Assembly: GCA_046537975.1 (NCBI GenBank)
Contig: JBKHJR010000003.1
Coordinates: 6,677 to 70,676 of the forward strand
From: Desulfurivibrionaceae bacterium
GTDB lineage: Bacteria; Desulfobacterota; Desulfobulbia; Desulfobulbales; SURF-16
Length of the DNA: 64,000 bases
Direction: 5' to 3'
The position numbers and the translations under genes were made by a program. Below, piece by piece: positions 63,861-64,000 of the stretch. Under the pieces are notes generated by a model. That model saw only the letters and a list, made by a program, of their open reading frames with translations, did no database searches and was not told the DNA's origin. Position 1 is the stretch's first letter. Each line of letters starts with the position of its first letter.

Positions 63861-64000
63861 ATGCCCCAGTCTGGAGGTCCGGCGGCTATAAATGGTTTCC
63901 TGTATCAGATCCTGAATCATTTAGCTTGGCTGGCCAATATTCAAGTTACTGGTTCTTTAACAGAATTAGATGATCCGGAGGATCTTTGTATTATCCTTGA
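63861..64000 (+). CDS. 5' end of an island cargo gene (DUF4297/Cap4-nuclease-like N-terminus?), truncated by the window
   Basis: GGAGA RBS at 63851, ATG at 63861. MPQSGGPAAINGFLYQILNHLAWLANIQVTGSLTELDDPEDLCIILE. The GG-x-A-x-x-GF-x-YQ start resembles the N-terminus of DUF4297-type dsDNA nuclease domains. Confidence 0.4.
   Translation, partial: MPQSGGPAAINGFLYQILNHLAWLANIQVTGSLTELDDPEDLCIIL

Larger units (their letters stand above)
57126..64000 (+). mobile_element. P4-like integrative island inserted at the 3' end of tRNA-Leu (right end beyond the window)
   Basis: Tyrosine integrase directly downstream of the tRNA, then an AlpA-type excisionase/regulator, a primase-helicase, iteron arrays and AT-rich cargo. 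No second copy of the tRNA 3' end was seen inside the window. Confidence 0.8.

Noticed and set aside
57126-64000. Searched for attR (second copy of the tRNA-Leu 3' end GGTTCAAATCCGGCCTTCGGCACCA) inside the window
   Set aside because: No copy was found by eye, so the island boundary is presumed to lie beyond 64000. The right end therefore could not be annotated.
1-64000. CRISPR arrays, rRNA genes, IS transposases
   Set aside because: No regularly spaced 25-40-bp direct repeats with unique spacers were seen. No rRNA-like sequence or transposase-like ORFs were seen either. The only repeat arrays are the heptamer tracts and the island iterons, which have no spacers.

Overview
64-kb chromosomal window, moderate GC, from what looks like an anaerobic Desulfobacterota-type bacterium; the taxon is only a guess from gene content. 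All calls come from reading the supplied translations and DNA, with no database searches.

Gene order, left to right:
- Housekeeping genes: a partial CBS-domain gene, nnr, an EF-G paralog, mog, purM and tRNA-His.
- A membrane GGDEF cyclase, a Kef-type antiporter and a proVWX betaine transporter.
- A PfkB kinase.
- A complete chemosensory operon: HEAT-REC protein, CheA-REC, PilJ/CZB chemoreceptor, CheW, CheB and CheR.
- An approximately 26-kb two-armed lipid/polyketide-like gene cluster (27249-52985).
- gap-pgk-tpiA-secG-tRNA-Leu.
- A P4-like integrative island inserted at tRNA-Leu. It carries an integrase, AlpA, a primase-helicase, iteron arrays and AT-rich cargo, and it runs off the window end.

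The 26-kb cluster is the most interesting object. It contains:
- 3 ACPs, 3 full ketosynthases, 1 KAS-III and 2 truncated KS-like partners.
- 4 B12-binding radical SAM enzymes and 1 SPASM radical SAM enzyme.
- An adenylate-forming enzyme, LpxL-type and PlsC-type acyltransferases, and a GT2-DUF2062 glycosyltransferase.
- A BtrH-like transferase and an ABC-2 exporter.
- No ketoreductase, dehydratase, enoylreductase or thioesterase.

I cannot assign it to a characterised product class.

Other notable signals:
- A dispersed ~100-bp intergenic repeat family (5 copies) flanked by CTTGNNC heptamer tracts.
- A frameshifted primase-helicase gene whose -1-frame tail overlaps 9-bp iterons.
- An array of three perfect tandem 11-mers.

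No CRISPR array, rRNA or IS transposase was seen.
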